From Tubiluchus corallicola (Eukaryota; Animalia; Priapulida), in the NCBI GenBank assembly GCA_030141605.1, contig JAQGDQ010000026.1:186001-250000 (forward strand): a stretch of DNA of 64,000 nt. Reading direction: 5' to 3'. Position 1 is the first letter of the stretch; each line of letters opens with the position of its first letter. This document shows positions 11,274-24,688 of this stretch, piece by piece. Made by a program: the position numbers and the translations under genes. Under the pieces are notes generated by a model. The model was not told the origin of the DNA and did no database searches. It worked only from the letters and a program-made list of their open reading frames with translations.

Positions 11274-14134
11274 AATGGTAAAACTTATTTACTGCTAGCT
11301 TTAGTTTTTCTTTAATTCATTATAACTCTTTTACAGAATTTTGACTATATTTTGGATGCTACTGCTATGCTATAAAAATACACCTGCAATATAATTCTGT
11401 GAATATAATCATAATAAAGAAGGTAATCAAAAGAATTTTATTTACTGTATTTCGGTTTCTATTCATACATTTTGCTTTTTGTTTAGTTAATCACAGTCAG
11501 CCTATATTTTGATTGTTTATGGACAATAATTAAACATGAACCACAGTTGTTCTATTGCTACAGCCTGTTGTTGTTTTTTAGTGTGCCACCAACAATTATC
11601 ATAAATTTGGTGCTGCTGACAATGTTGAAATGAGGTTTTGCTACTGAGTATTAAATATAGCAGTGTCGATTTTCACGTCTGACTGTCTGATCTCACAATT
11701 CCTGATCGTTGCTCTCTGTAAGGTACTTTTAGATGGTACTGTCATGCGTTTCTCCTTAAATATTAATAATGTACAGCATGTAGAAGTTAACTGATGTGTC
11801 AGTCTACTTTTTGCTGTAAAACAGTTATTACTTTGCAGTTATTTTTCATTCCTTGAATCCTTTCAACTTGCCCCCATCCTTAGCAAATTTCTGAAAATTG
11901 GAACAAAAAGTAAAAAATTTATTGCTTATATGCAATAATTGGGATATTTTCCATATTAAAAATAAAGAAAACTCATTACATTTGACATTGTTGAAATACC
12001 TAACTTTGGTATCCGCATGGTATTTATCCATGCGCTTCCATGAATATGTATCCGTGTTGAGCAATGTACAGTGTTGCACAGAAGTGTGGGAACGATAGCT
12101 TCACTAGTCAATAAATGTCCATGAAAATCGAATCACATTTTCCAGATTTGACTATATATTATTCCAAAGTGGGCGTGGAATCTGGTTCGTCATCTATTAG
12201 AATTATTATTTAGCTAGCAGAAAATCCTGTTCATTTTCGCAGTTAGTTTGTGGTTATTAAAGTTAAGTCTGGATATATTTACACATTGTGACATGAATTG
12301 TTGCCGAGCATTACTAATGACCAAGTTATTACTATGGACCATGTTTTTAATATTAGTTGTTTTTATGAACAGTAACTAGTTATTAGTGAAAGCATGCAAA
12401 TTTGAAGCAACATGGTCAGGACTAGTTTTTAACTCACAACTATATATATTCTGTTTTTAAACAGATGTAAAATTTAGCGCACTACCTCGTCCATTGCGGA
12501 TAGTCACTTATAACATTTTGGCAATATATAAGTAATATACAAAAGTTTTTCCATGATTTTATAATCTGTGTATTTTATATTGTGGCAAATGATAACTTGG
12601 TAATTATAACTACCAAATTGAGTATACTCATGCTGTGAATAAACCAAGTTAAAGCACTACTATTTTTAGCAGATTTTTGTACATTTTTTAGTTTTTTACT
12701 TTGCTCACTTGGAAATGCATGCAGGACCAGATCAAGTCCATAAAGCCGTAAAGGATCTGGAACTGAAGTGTGGGTATTCTAGAGTTAAATATTGCCCTAC
12801 AGTCTTGTCCAAAATGAAACTCATTTGTAATAAAGAGCTTTTTTTGAAATGTTTAATTACCTTCAGAAATCTTCTCTGACGAGTTTAAATTGTACTTTGC
12901 TGAGCATCCAATTTCAGTCAAAGGAATGGCCATCTGGCATCAGTTTATATACTAGCTGTACTAGACTAATCAAGTAGGATCTTTGACTCCTGATGTTTAT
13001 AGGGTTTTTATATTTGCTTCTGGCAAAGTAATCTTGTTTACAGATTGCAGGGCCTTATCACTATGACACTATTGTAGGATGCAGGATTGTTACTTGCCAT
13101 GGCTTAACCTGAACTTGCGTATTACATTTCTTTAATCCCTAAAAGCAGGTCCTGCAGGCAACTTCTGCATCTTTATGCAAGGTTTAATATATGTGCATTA
13201 TAAATAGTTTTGCATATATTAGTGTTCTAAACATATTATTAGACTGTAAATTTTAGCGTACATTTAAAAACAACTGAAGTACTGTTTTTATAGAAATTTG
13301 TGCATGTGCTACATCAATGAATGTATAATTTGTGTAAATAATAAATTTGTTTTGTTAATAATATATTTATTACCTTAATTAGACTATGACATAGAATGGA
13401 ATGAACGTGATTCGTAAATTATAGACTGCATATTTTATACTTAACGAGCATACAAGAATGATGAGTGATGACAATGCTTTCTTGGAGACTGTAAAAAAAG
13501 CCTGTCTCTTTGACTAATATGTGACTACGCTGAATTTCTGTAAAAATTAAAACGCTATTTTGAAGGCATTGTTAATGTTTGATGTTTATGACAAGAAATC
13601 TTGTTTTACAGCATTTTATGTTTCCGATTTATTATTTATAAATTTTTGGAATTTGACTTAAGATTTTATAAAGTGTGCTTGCACTGTTGTTGTAATTGTC
13701 TTTGTCATTCTAACTTCATCTGAATCTTATTTAACTGACAAAATTATTTGAGATTTTGTTAATAACTAAGATTTTATTACATCTATTTGTCCTTGCATTG
13801 ATAAGTTGTATATAAACAACGAATAAAATGTCATGTCATCCTTTACATATTTATTGTTTGCTGTTTGGCAAAATAATCCTTAAAACTAAGTTACAGTATA
13901 CGGTAACACTTTATAATGTTTCAAGTTCAGTTTGTGTTTATCAGCTTCTGTATACGAAGAACTATACTGATTGAAAAAAGCCCTGCATTGATGCTTATAG
14001 GTGTAAAGCATAAAATAATTCTTAGGGTACAGAGCTTTTTTACAATCCATTCACATAAAAACTGCAATAGGCTTAAAACTGCAACATGCGTCATTATGCT
14101 ATCAACAAACGGTTAGCACACAGAGTATTATATA

Positions 14135-14849
14135 CAGTGGACTCTCGTTACAAGAATCACACGTATAAGAATCAGCTCGATATAAGAATCAAAATCGCGT
14201 TTCCCGAATTGAATCGGCATTTTCCTAGTGAAAATCCGCTCGTATAAGAATCACCCTTCTTTCGATAGTAGAATCAATTTTGGCGCCAACTCCATTGTCA
14301 GAGATTTCAAATTTGTTTGCATGTCAGTCAGTTGAAAAATGGCATCCAAACGGAAAAGCAGAAGTGTGAGTGAAAAGGTGAAAATCATCGCCGCTTATGA
14401 CGCGCTTCCGAGGGTTGGCCAGCGAGAAGGTGGCACGAGGCTTCGAGGTCAACCTTCAATTGAAACGGTTGGGGGCCGAAATTGACCGCCTCACCAGAGG
14501 AGAAATGAAGCCAAGCAAGCTATCGATATTTTTCAAGCAGTAGATGTAGAGTTTTCTGTCGTCTCCAGCACAATTTCGGAAAAAAATTATGTACATTAAA
14601 AAAATTTTAAGGCAATTCTGGCATCATGAAATATTTACCCAACCATGAAATAAAAACATTAGTCTAGGAATTTTTAGGTCCTTTTTTGGCCAGAAAAACA
14701 TTATGCTGTTTCATGTCGTTTCTAGCGTAATTTCGGGAAATAAATAATTTTTACATGCATAAAAAATTTTTAAACCAATTCTGGGTCATGCTCGTTATAA
14801 GAATCACTTTGCCTTCGCCCGAGGTTATTCTTATAACGAGAGTCCACTG
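14135..14849 (+). mobile_element. pogo/Tigger non-autonomous deletion derivative
   Basis: TIRs cagtggactctcgtta(c/t)aagaat / attcttataacgagagtccactg with TA flanks. An N-terminal transposase relic MASKRKSRSVSEKVKII starts at about 14339. Confidence 0.9.
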
Positions 14850-15054
14850 TAAAAAGAACAAAAAAAAATTATAAAATTTACAGCAAACTACTCTTAATGA
14901 TCTGAAGGTTTGTGCGTATATAGCCTGAATTAATACATAATGTTAAAGAAAAAAATTCGAATAATAATGATAGTAATAATAACAATAATGATAATCATAG
15001 TTGTAGTCGACTTGGCTTGCTATTTTTGTTAATTTAGTTATAAAATTCATGTAC

Positions 15055-15073
15055 GTGGCGCCATCTACGGCGG
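15055..15073 (-). promoter_or_regulatory. CTCF-like motif at the 3' end of the ENaC gene
   Basis: Minus strand CCGCCGTAGATGGCGCCAC closely matches the CTCF core and is an isolated GC-rich word in AT-rich DNA. Confidence 0.45.
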
Positions 15074-15117
15074 TAACCTAAACTTTATTAATAGCAATGT
15101 ATAACATTTGCAGCACA

Positions 15118-18100
15118 CTAATTGTAACGCTGTGTGGTTTTGTGCGTATAAGGTACATGCAAGTCCTGTACGGTGATGGGGTATACCTTGCTCTTGGGGT
15201 TAGTTGCCCCATTCTTGACCTGCAGCGGTTGATGATGAGTGTGTTTCTTGGATTGTTCACTTCCAGAAGCTCTGCAATAACATAATGTCGCTTTACAACT
15301 ACAGAGTTTGATACTGAAATAAAATATTCTTTATCAAATATTATTACAGGTGGTAGGACAGAAATTTTTATGTTATTAATTTCATGTTTTATCAACAAAA
15401 GAAACTATTACTGGAAAGCCTTTAAATTATTTAACCGCATTTTGCTTTTAACTGTGTAAATGTTATATAACAACTAAATTCTCATAAATTTTTCTGCAGT
15501 GAAATTGTTTATTTGTTAACTTCTAATACTTACTTATAAAAGGCAAGCATGGCGAGGTCAAATAACAGCTCCAAAAATTCAAATATGGCCAACATTGACA
15601 AACCAACCCATAACCCCAAAGTGCCGCCAATGTTGCTGACGAACGTGCTCCACTAAAAAAATTGTTATTGTTTCAATTAATTTTTTCTCATTACTTTCTA
15701 GGTTTCTACTGCACTGTGCTCGACTTCTTCAGAGACAATGTACCATTCTCCATGCCTTTACAGAATTTTATTAAAATCAGTGGCCTTGACAGTGGTGTGG
15801 TACTGTGTAACAACTACTCAATTATTGATGAAGGCCCTGAAAATTACCAAGTAATTTTAGTGGTGTTAGTAACAAAAACAGTTATGTGTAAACTAATAAA
15901 CCTTCGTCTAGGACGAGAGAAAACTATCATATCTTTATAACATGCCTATCATCATACTGATCAAGGAAAGTTTTGATTTAGTAACCGTGTCATTAATTTT
16001 TCTTTGTTTTGACCAAAATTATTTGCTCAAGCATAATCACTAGCACATTTTGACTAACTAATATTAATCCTTTAGTAAAGCTACCATCTAATTAGTTATT
16101 AATCAGAACAATTATCAACTAATAATAATAATGACCAGGACGATGTATTATTGACGACAAGAGCAGTAATGTTGTTTACCATATTTGACAATGATGATCA
16201 TTATGATCGCTAAACAGGATAACAATCATATTATTTTTTAGAAAAACCTCTATATTTTTGTATTTGTGAGTAAAGCTACTCTGATAGAAAAATCACTCTT
16301 TTACAGGGCCTACTATTTCTTTACACATCATTGTCACACTTACATCAATGTATTTACTCTGAGTAACCTTTTCCACTGTCAGGTCTTCATAATAAACTTG
16401 CAGTTTCACAAGGTTTTTCCTGCAAAATATCATGTACATTAAATTAATCTAATTGCACAAAACTAGAACACTATAAGTACTTAGTGTTTGCTTAATGCGA
16501 CCAGAGCCTTCCATGACCAGATTACACGTTACACGTTACACGTTAACACCATAATTAGCAGGACCGTCTTAACAGCATCACAGGCCCCCGGGAAAAGCAG
16601 TGCACTGAGAACCTTACCTACACAAACTCTCACGGGAATAAAAATGTAAATTGTCGTTAAAATTAAACATATATTCATAGTATTTGTACCTCCAACAAAA
16701 CCAGTGTTTAAACATTAAAAAACATGCTGTACTGCAAAGATCAATCAAATCAAGCGTTTGAATAATATAACACAACCCTCAAAAACACAAAAATTTCAGC
16801 ATTGACACATATTGATATACATAGATTAGCATGGGGCTCCTATGCTCGTGAGGCTCCCAGGCAAATACCGTGCGTGCCCATGCGTTAAGACGGTGCTGAT
16901 AACTACAACATGCCATAGATGGTTATACACTTATATAGGGCACATTTTTTTGTTCAACTATTTGGGTGCAAAGTGTCATTGGGTAATTATGACTTATGAG
17001 TTCTCTGTGGTGTTTTTTAAAATGTTTATTTAGTTTTTTACACGAGTCTTAGCAGTACCCTCAACAGTCTAGGGAATAATCATATTATAAGGACGTACAA
17101 TGTGATTCTATGTTTATGAAATTAGGTGAAAACAGGGGTTCCTACTTACGATATTACATCGTCGGCATCTTCATCTTGCAACATTCCGTAGGCGGAGTGA
17201 TTGCTAGTATATCTGGTAGGTAGCAAAGACTGCAAATTTAAAAGTAAGTGTAAAATACTAATGTATAATCATAGAGGCGTTGCATGTGTATTAAGGTTTT
17301 TCAAGCTTGCTTGAAGCTAAGAATATATCATTTGTTTAGTTTATATTAATATAATTATAGCTGTAGTTTATATTGCCAAACCAAACTAATACTTTGTACA
17401 CGCAGGGATGTTATAGGCCTAAACAGTAGTCTATAGGTACCTGACGCGTCTATTTGCAAATTCGAAATTCGTCCAGAAAAACATTACCTACAAGGAAATT
17501 TTTCCGAAATTTACTGTTTTAAGTGAAAAAGAAATGCAGCTTTTGACATTTCTTTATCTACATATCTTAGAAAAATGGTTCTATATGTTTTTCTTCCGTT
17601 TTCATGACTCTGTGAAGTCTAGGTTGGAATTGATCAGTAAGTGAATTAATCTCTTTTCTAGCCTTCTCGAAGTACAATTTTGAAAAGCTTTTTTCAGTTC
17701 AGGAAAAGCTTTGATTTTTCTGCGCTATACACTCGTTGAGATAACGTCTCCCTTAAGCTAAAATCTAGAGGCTGTTTTCTAAGTTACGTAGATAAAGAAA
17801 CATTGAAAGCTAACTTTCTTATAAAACAGTAAATTTGGGAAAATCTCCTTTTTGTTATTGAAACGAAAGTTTTGCTCATTACGTTTTTTTAAAAAAATCA
17901 ACAAAACTAAGACACAAAACTTACAACTAAATTTTTTTACAAGTATAAAATGTATATTTATTATTATTATTCTGTTAATTTTTTATACTTTTTTGACTTG
18001 TAATTTTTGTTTTAGCAAAGAATTAACAGGTAATGTTTTTTTTAACAACCCTGTATTTTTTTAAGAATTGAAATTACGTTAGACTGATGACACTACAGTA

Positions 18101-21100
18101 ATCTCGTCAAACTATTCCGGAATAACTTTTGTTACCCTTACAACTATTACTTACTACAAAAGGTCTTGCTGGCCATTGAGCTATCATAACCTTTGTGTCA
18201 TAAAATGTCTCTCTAAACAAAAACAAGAGAGTACAATAAAGTTAGCTAACTATAAACATAGTATAGGTCTAACTATAAACTAGTAGGTGTCATTTGCTAA
18301 CGCACTGCGAATTATTAATAGCTTTAGCTAATACACCGTACAAAGAAAAAAGGATAAACAAATAATAACAGACCGACATGTAAACATACGACAAACAATT
18401 TCTGCAAAGGAAAGAACATGTATTAAGCTAGAGGCCTAGAAACGAAGGGAACATGCATATCTTAAGTTTAATGCATGTCCTCTTTCTTAGAAGTTTATTT
18501 TAAACGATCTTTGATATTGACAGAACTGCCACTGACGGTTCATATTGTCTCGTCACCAGTTCTTAACAGTGTATTGAAGAATTATAGTCAGAGGACATTA
18601 ATTTATTTACATTTATAAGTTTCTACTTTGCTGGCTTGTCTAAAAATTTTGCATAGGCTGAAATAGAAAGAATGGGCCGAAGTTCTACAGAAAACTTCTG
18701 TAGACAACATCCTAATGCTTGACAAACGCTGTTTAAGTAGAGAAGTAGCGGATGTGGAGAAGCAACTGTTGGCATTTTTGACAAATATACTCCTGCCAAA
18801 GTCTTGGTGAATAACCGATAATCCGAGGTTACCGGTAGATCATTACTCACTCGCAACGAGGTGGACAATCGCAAGGGTATTCACCATTTTCAAATGCTTC
18901 CACGACAGTTTCCATACACAGCTGTCCGTTTTCACCTGAAACAAGATCAAGAATCAAGAATCAAACTTTAAATTTTAAAATATTATAAAAAGCACGTTTC
19001 CTACTGTTATATGTCACTATGCAACACAACACACATATTTTATAATATTAGAAGAAGCTTCTTTTTCTGCAGGAAGCAAGACGTTAATTGCAGTGGTTGA
19101 ACTGAGAGTAGCAAAAAGAATCCATAAACGTTACATGAAGCTACTACTATTTCGTGCCAACTGAAGTAAGGTGATTCTGGCTGCCGACTGAATGCTACTA
19201 CGTACTCAGGCCTAATATTATATATCGCTTGGAAAACGGTTTAAATTCAAGTTAAAGTTTACGTGTCTTTTTATCTAAGACATTGTTAATTTGGAGCCTC
19301 GAACGATACTGTATTTTAAATTCAACGAATTTACTTGAATTATGGGGATTGTCGACACTTGTACAAGACTGGAGTTCATCTTGGTTGTATCCCATGGATT
19401 TTTGAGTTACTGGATAGCGAGGATCGTAGCAAGTACAGTTTTGTACTATCGCTCTCTGTCTGCAGGTCTTCCAACAAGCCTGTGTTACAAAATTCGTAAT
19501 ACTTATGTAATATTTGTAATCATTACGATAAAAGGAGAGGGTGTTTGAAATTTCAGTTTATAGCTTACGAGTGAGGGTCATATTTTTGAATGAACAGATC
19601 TCAATAGCTTCCCAAACTGATCATATGGCCATATGGTGACCCGTAATAACGTCACTTTAAAAGACACTGAAAACGTCACAATTTTGGCTAGGAAAAAAAT
19701 AAATTAATGTTGACTTTGGGTTCAAGTAAGAGTTAGGGTTATTTCTTTTAATCTGTGTCTTTTTCCATGCGACTTTTTTCCTAATACCTTTTTATCTGTG
19801 ACTTCTTTACGTGGATTCGGTCGTATAACATCGGATGCGTCTTGACGGTGTTCGTCAAAATCGGTTTTTCGTTATTACGCTCCTGTTACTTTTTGAGGTA
19901 ATGAAAAAAAGTCAGCAAAATAAAAGGTTGTTGATTGCAAAACGGAAAAGGAAAAGACAGAAAATTTATATGCAACAAGTGGAAATAAAAGAAAGATGCT
20001 TTGTAAATCAACAAAAAATAAATGAAGTAAGAAGAAAGGAAAACAACAACAACAACAAGCGGCCAAAAAATGAAAAAGGAAAAAAGCAGCAAAGAAGAAA
20101 AATGTAAGTACACAGCAGTTCAGAACAGAACAGAAGGAAAATGGAAATGACAAGGAGAAAAAAAGAAAAATGTAAAAGGAAAGAAAGGATAAGAAAAATG
20201 AATTGCAAAAAATAAAGCAAAAAAGAAAACAAATCAAAACAGAAAATCAAAGCAATATAAAAACAACAGCAAAAACGCTATAAAAGCCTACAAAGATAAT
20301 ATAATACAAAACCGAAAAGATAGTATATAGAGAAATAATAGGGAAAATGAATCGAAAATGAGCAAGATAACACGATTTTTCATCATAAAACAAATTAACT
20401 AAATAAAATACTAGTATATGAATTAAAATGTGAAGAAAGAAGCAAAAAGAAAAAGGAAAAGAAAGCGTTAAAAATAAAAATTGGAAAAATATGAAAGGAA
20501 ATGAAGAAAGTGGAAATAAGGAACATGAATCTGACGAATGCTAATGTTTTGTGTTTAGTATCTTGCAACATAAAAATTAGCGTGTGAAATGCTCACCGAC
20601 AAAGAAACTGATTTATTAACAGATTGATGAAACCAGATATACGCCCTCAGAATTGATTTAAATGATATAAAAACGATTAATATACCGCATTTTTATTAGA
20701 GCTATAACTGAAACCGGTAGTAAATGGACCTAAGAGTATTTCACAAGCTCGCACCCTGCCTGGAAAATAAAAACACATATACTTACGTCAACAGAGTAAC
20801 CGTAAGGACTGAGTTTCGGGTGTTTATTGATGAACATGTTTCGCTTTAGCATTTCTTCGTCACTCAGATTACTGCAGTTTGATACCCACGGGTATTCAAC
20901 ACGTTCTATCTGTCGCTGAAATCCATTGATATGTTTTAAGCAAGCATGATTTATTTTGAGTGAATAAATGAATGAGTGAACGGATAAACAATAGGCTACA
21001 TTGAAAAAAAGAACGAATAAACTCTCAAATACATAAAAATAAACTATTTTTCTATACGTCGGCACGCTACCGGAGGTAATCGCAGATTCAACGACAAGGC

Positions 21101-23416
21101 CCTGTTCGAAAACTCTGGTTTTTACACAATTTACACTTTGTAACGAGATCGCCCGTAATTTTGTATTCTTTCAAGTACATAAAATAAATCAAAAAAGATA
21201 AATGTGAACAGCAATAATATCCACACCTTGTACTGCAACACAATGATTTTCCGCTTAACAGCGTTTAATAACATGTTACGTTGTTGGTAACCTCACGGGG
21301 GAAAGTCGTGATAGAAAATAGTTCTAGCCCAGGCATTAAACCCAAGCTTTTAATTACATGTATTACTCAACTTCAGACATAAAAAAGGGTGCGTCGCTGA
21401 CTCACTGGGTCACTGAGCTACTCGTACTGCTATAGCAATTGGCAAGCAAAACAGTTTACTAAAATTAAAGCCCTTTTTTCTTACAGTTTAGAAGATGTTG
21501 AAATTCAACAATAGAAATTAGATAATTAAATGTAATTATCATGATTACACTTCTACAGTCCAACAATTACAACTCATGTCGTTAGCAACTTGAACTAATT
21601 TTTTCACAAGTGTGATAACCAACTTTACAGTTTATTCAAAGCAAAAACACTTTAGGTGTCTAGCTATAACATGTATAACATCAATGTGTGTCTTTTAATT
21701 TATCAGGTGATGGAGTTTTGGGCAAATAATTTACTATCGCCTACCGTGTCAAACTGCTGAATCATAGGCTCAGTAGTTCTTTACTCTTATTAAAATGTCC
21801 GACTTGTGTAAACGAATGTTGGTAATTTTTTACCTTTTTTATTGCAATGGACGTTGCTTGTCCGGGATGAATATCAAGTCCTTCATCTTCTGGAAACGGA
21901 ACTTTCCATGGTGGATGTATTACAACTCTGAAACCACCTTTATCCGACGTGAGCGAAAAGTATTCGCGGCCTTCAGTGTTCATTTCCAAAGTCAAAGCTG
22001 TTAAATGATTGAATTGAATTAAAATTACGTTGGAGTGGGATAACATGTCAGGTTGGATTCGTTACATAATATCTAGTTTGTGAAAATTACATCGATCATT
22101 GTTTATTGGATTTACGTTTACTGCATTTATCATTTATATACAGCTGCTATATATTTTTAAAGCGATTTTTATAGTGTTCTGAATTTCATACTGTTCTTTC
22201 ACGTGCATTGCGGTGATCGTGGACCTATTCCTTAGGCAACGATTGGAGTCAGTCAGTAATAACAATCAGTAAAAGCAAATCAACACAAAAAAGAACAGTA
22301 CGGGACTGGACGGAGCAGGACAGGGCTTATATCAACTTAACATCATTTTAAAATATCCTAAACGTCCTTTCTGAACTATTATTTTATTATTCATTCAACC
22401 TATACTAGGTATGGAATATTACTTACCGTACTGGCTTCCACTGTGCTTTGTTTGCCACCATGACATGCCTGTTTGGTTGCTGTTAAACGTGTAGCAGTTT
22501 CCATACATCCAGTTAAATTGATAGTAGAAATCACTGAAATAAAAAGAAACATACTTTACATAAAAGCAAACAAATTTTGACAACTAAAATTACGAAGGCT
22601 GTTAATAGAAAAAAGACGTTTCCATAGTCCTCGCTCTTTTAAGTGCATGATATATTAACTGTCTCAAAATAGTTGAATAAAAATTGACTCGTGTGGAATT
22701 TCGTATAAGAAGTATGTAGGCTACTTCTGCTGTGGTCAACAACATCCCGCATGGCAGGTACATCTCAGACAGTTACTTAGGTATTCTGACTTCATCCCTT
22801 ACACCATAATGATACTTCTGATTAAGTTGAATACGTACATAAATGTTTGTTATATTTTCCCTTAGTGCTTATAGTTAGCTATAAAACAGTAATTCGCTCT
22901 GTTGTGTGTAATACTGGTTAAACGCTTTGCTAAGCATGTACTTGAAATTGTATTTTGTCATTGACGGTAAAATATACCTTGCAAGTTATGATGTTATTAT
23001 AATTTTGTTAGTCAGTAAATCATACACATACTGTGCATACATGCCTTCGTTGTCAAATAACTGACCTATTCTCGAAATATAAGCAAACAGACTATTATCA
23101 GAGCAGGTTCCGTTCAGAAAAGCACCTTCCTGTATACACATGCCTCTAGATGAATAGCTCACTAGACGACAAAGTCTGTCAATTTCATTGGTCAGTATCG
23201 AAATTGGCTGAAAAGCAAATGTGTGCATTTGGCAGGGTGACCCCTTAATGGTCCCTCGTGCTTAGTGGATATGTAACAGCGCTGTTAGCTATTGCCCCTA
23301 TCACACAGGATCTGGGACAAATCCTATAAGCTGTAAAATGTGTTTTGCTTCATTTGATGCACTTGTGGATTTTATTCGGATGTTTCTAATAATTTTATAT
23401 GCTAAGCGAAAAATGT

Positions 23417-23470
<54 letters not shown>

Positions 23471-24688
23471 GACTAAGACACGACACATATTAATTTGGCC
23501 TTTGATAGGGAATCAGGGACTGAGCAAAGTAGACTTACATCTTAAAATATAATTGTAAATTTCTTTTTAAATATTCTGAAAAATGAAAACAATTAGTGTA
23601 CGTGCATTGATTTGGCTTCAAAAAGTCAATGATTAAACAAACATAGGGGTTTTAGAAATACCTGGGTCATTTGCAAAATTCAAAGATGCAGGATGTGCCA
23701 CTCAGTTGTCTATTCTGTTTATTAATTTTTCTCAAAGTTTACAAACTTGCCTGGTGTCACAAGGGACGTTTCCGCCATAGGAGCACAGAAGCAGCATGTC
23801 ATCTATTTTGTGTCCCGCATCTTCTCTTTCCTTATCGGACAAGAGAACCAGTTTTGACAGATATGCAGAACGTACTTCATTGTCGTTCACTAGAGTTGAG
23901 TCCATTTCTACTCTGTCGGGATCGTCCTTATCTGCTGGTTTCGGATTATAGTCTGTTGGTTTCGGCAAAGGCAGGGCACGCTTTTTCCTTCCAGAACGTT
24001 TTGGTTTTGAGTGATCACTGCTGCCATCACCTTGCGGAGGATCACCGCTGCCATCACCTTGTGGAGGATCACCGCTGCCATCACCTTGCGGAGGATCATC
24101 GCTGCCATCACCTTGCGGAGGATCACCGCTGGCATCACCTTGCGGAGGATCACTGCTGCCATCACCTTGCGATGGATCACCGCTGCCATCACCTTGCGAT
24201 GGATCACCGCTGCCATCACCTTGCGGAGGATCACCGCTGCCATCACCTTGTGGAGGATCACCGCTGCCATCACCTTGCGGAGGATCACCGCTGCCATCAC
24301 CTTGCAATGGATCACTGCTGCCATCACCTTGCGGAGGGTCTTTAAGCACTTCGCAATTCAGATTTTCACCTTTCCGTAGAAGCTTGTACTGGTCAATTCT
24401 TGAACACCTTACTGGGTTCTGATTACATATCGTCACCGCAGGAAAATTCAACTGTAACTGTGGCTTGATGTCCAAGCTTGCTTTTACGTCCAAATGATGC
24501 TCCGAGTAATCACTTATCACAGTAATTAGCTGGATGACCAGAAAAACTATGCAACCTGCCATCATTAGCATCCATGTGATTTTGCGCAATCCAAGATTGG
24601 ATCTGTGAATGTTTGGTACTCCTTGCATAGAAGTGTTCTGGGCAAAGTCCAAAAGGCGCTGCTTCACCCCCACGCTTTGGGAACTCAT
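15118..24688 (-). CDS. DEG/ENaC (amiloride-sensitive sodium channel family) subunit, isoform using proximal first exon 1A
   Basis: Exons (minus): 24688-23751, 22533-22427, 21997-21834, 20915-20787, 19479-19335, 18935-18851, 18212-18155, 17229-17150, 16419-16344, 15652-15534, 15313-15118. All phases are compatible. Hallmarks: FPAVTICNQNP, YGNCYTFN, GFRVVIHPP..PFPEDEG..IHPG, CWKTC..C.C, CDCPPRC, LQVYYEDL, and TM2 SNIGGTLGLWVGLSMLAIFEFLE. Confidence 0.93.

Noticed and set aside
19835-20250. K-rich and F-rich ORFs
   Set aside because: Low-complexity A-rich intronic DNA.
20730-20786. Early ENaC termination via AGCELVKYS*
   Set aside because: It would need an intron of about 27 nt or read-through of a perfect GTAAGT donor; the downstream exons complete the channel in phase.
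24013-24336. CRISPR-like array
   Set aside because: Head-to-tail 27-bp units with no unique spacers, in frame within a eukaryotic exon, and no cas genes.
23671-24379. Overlapping ORFs (His/Cys-rich HRCHHLAED, ITAAITLRR and VMAAVILRK repeats)
   Set aside because: These are alternative-frame and antisense readings of a stop-free 27-bp repeat; only the ENaC frame has family motifs.
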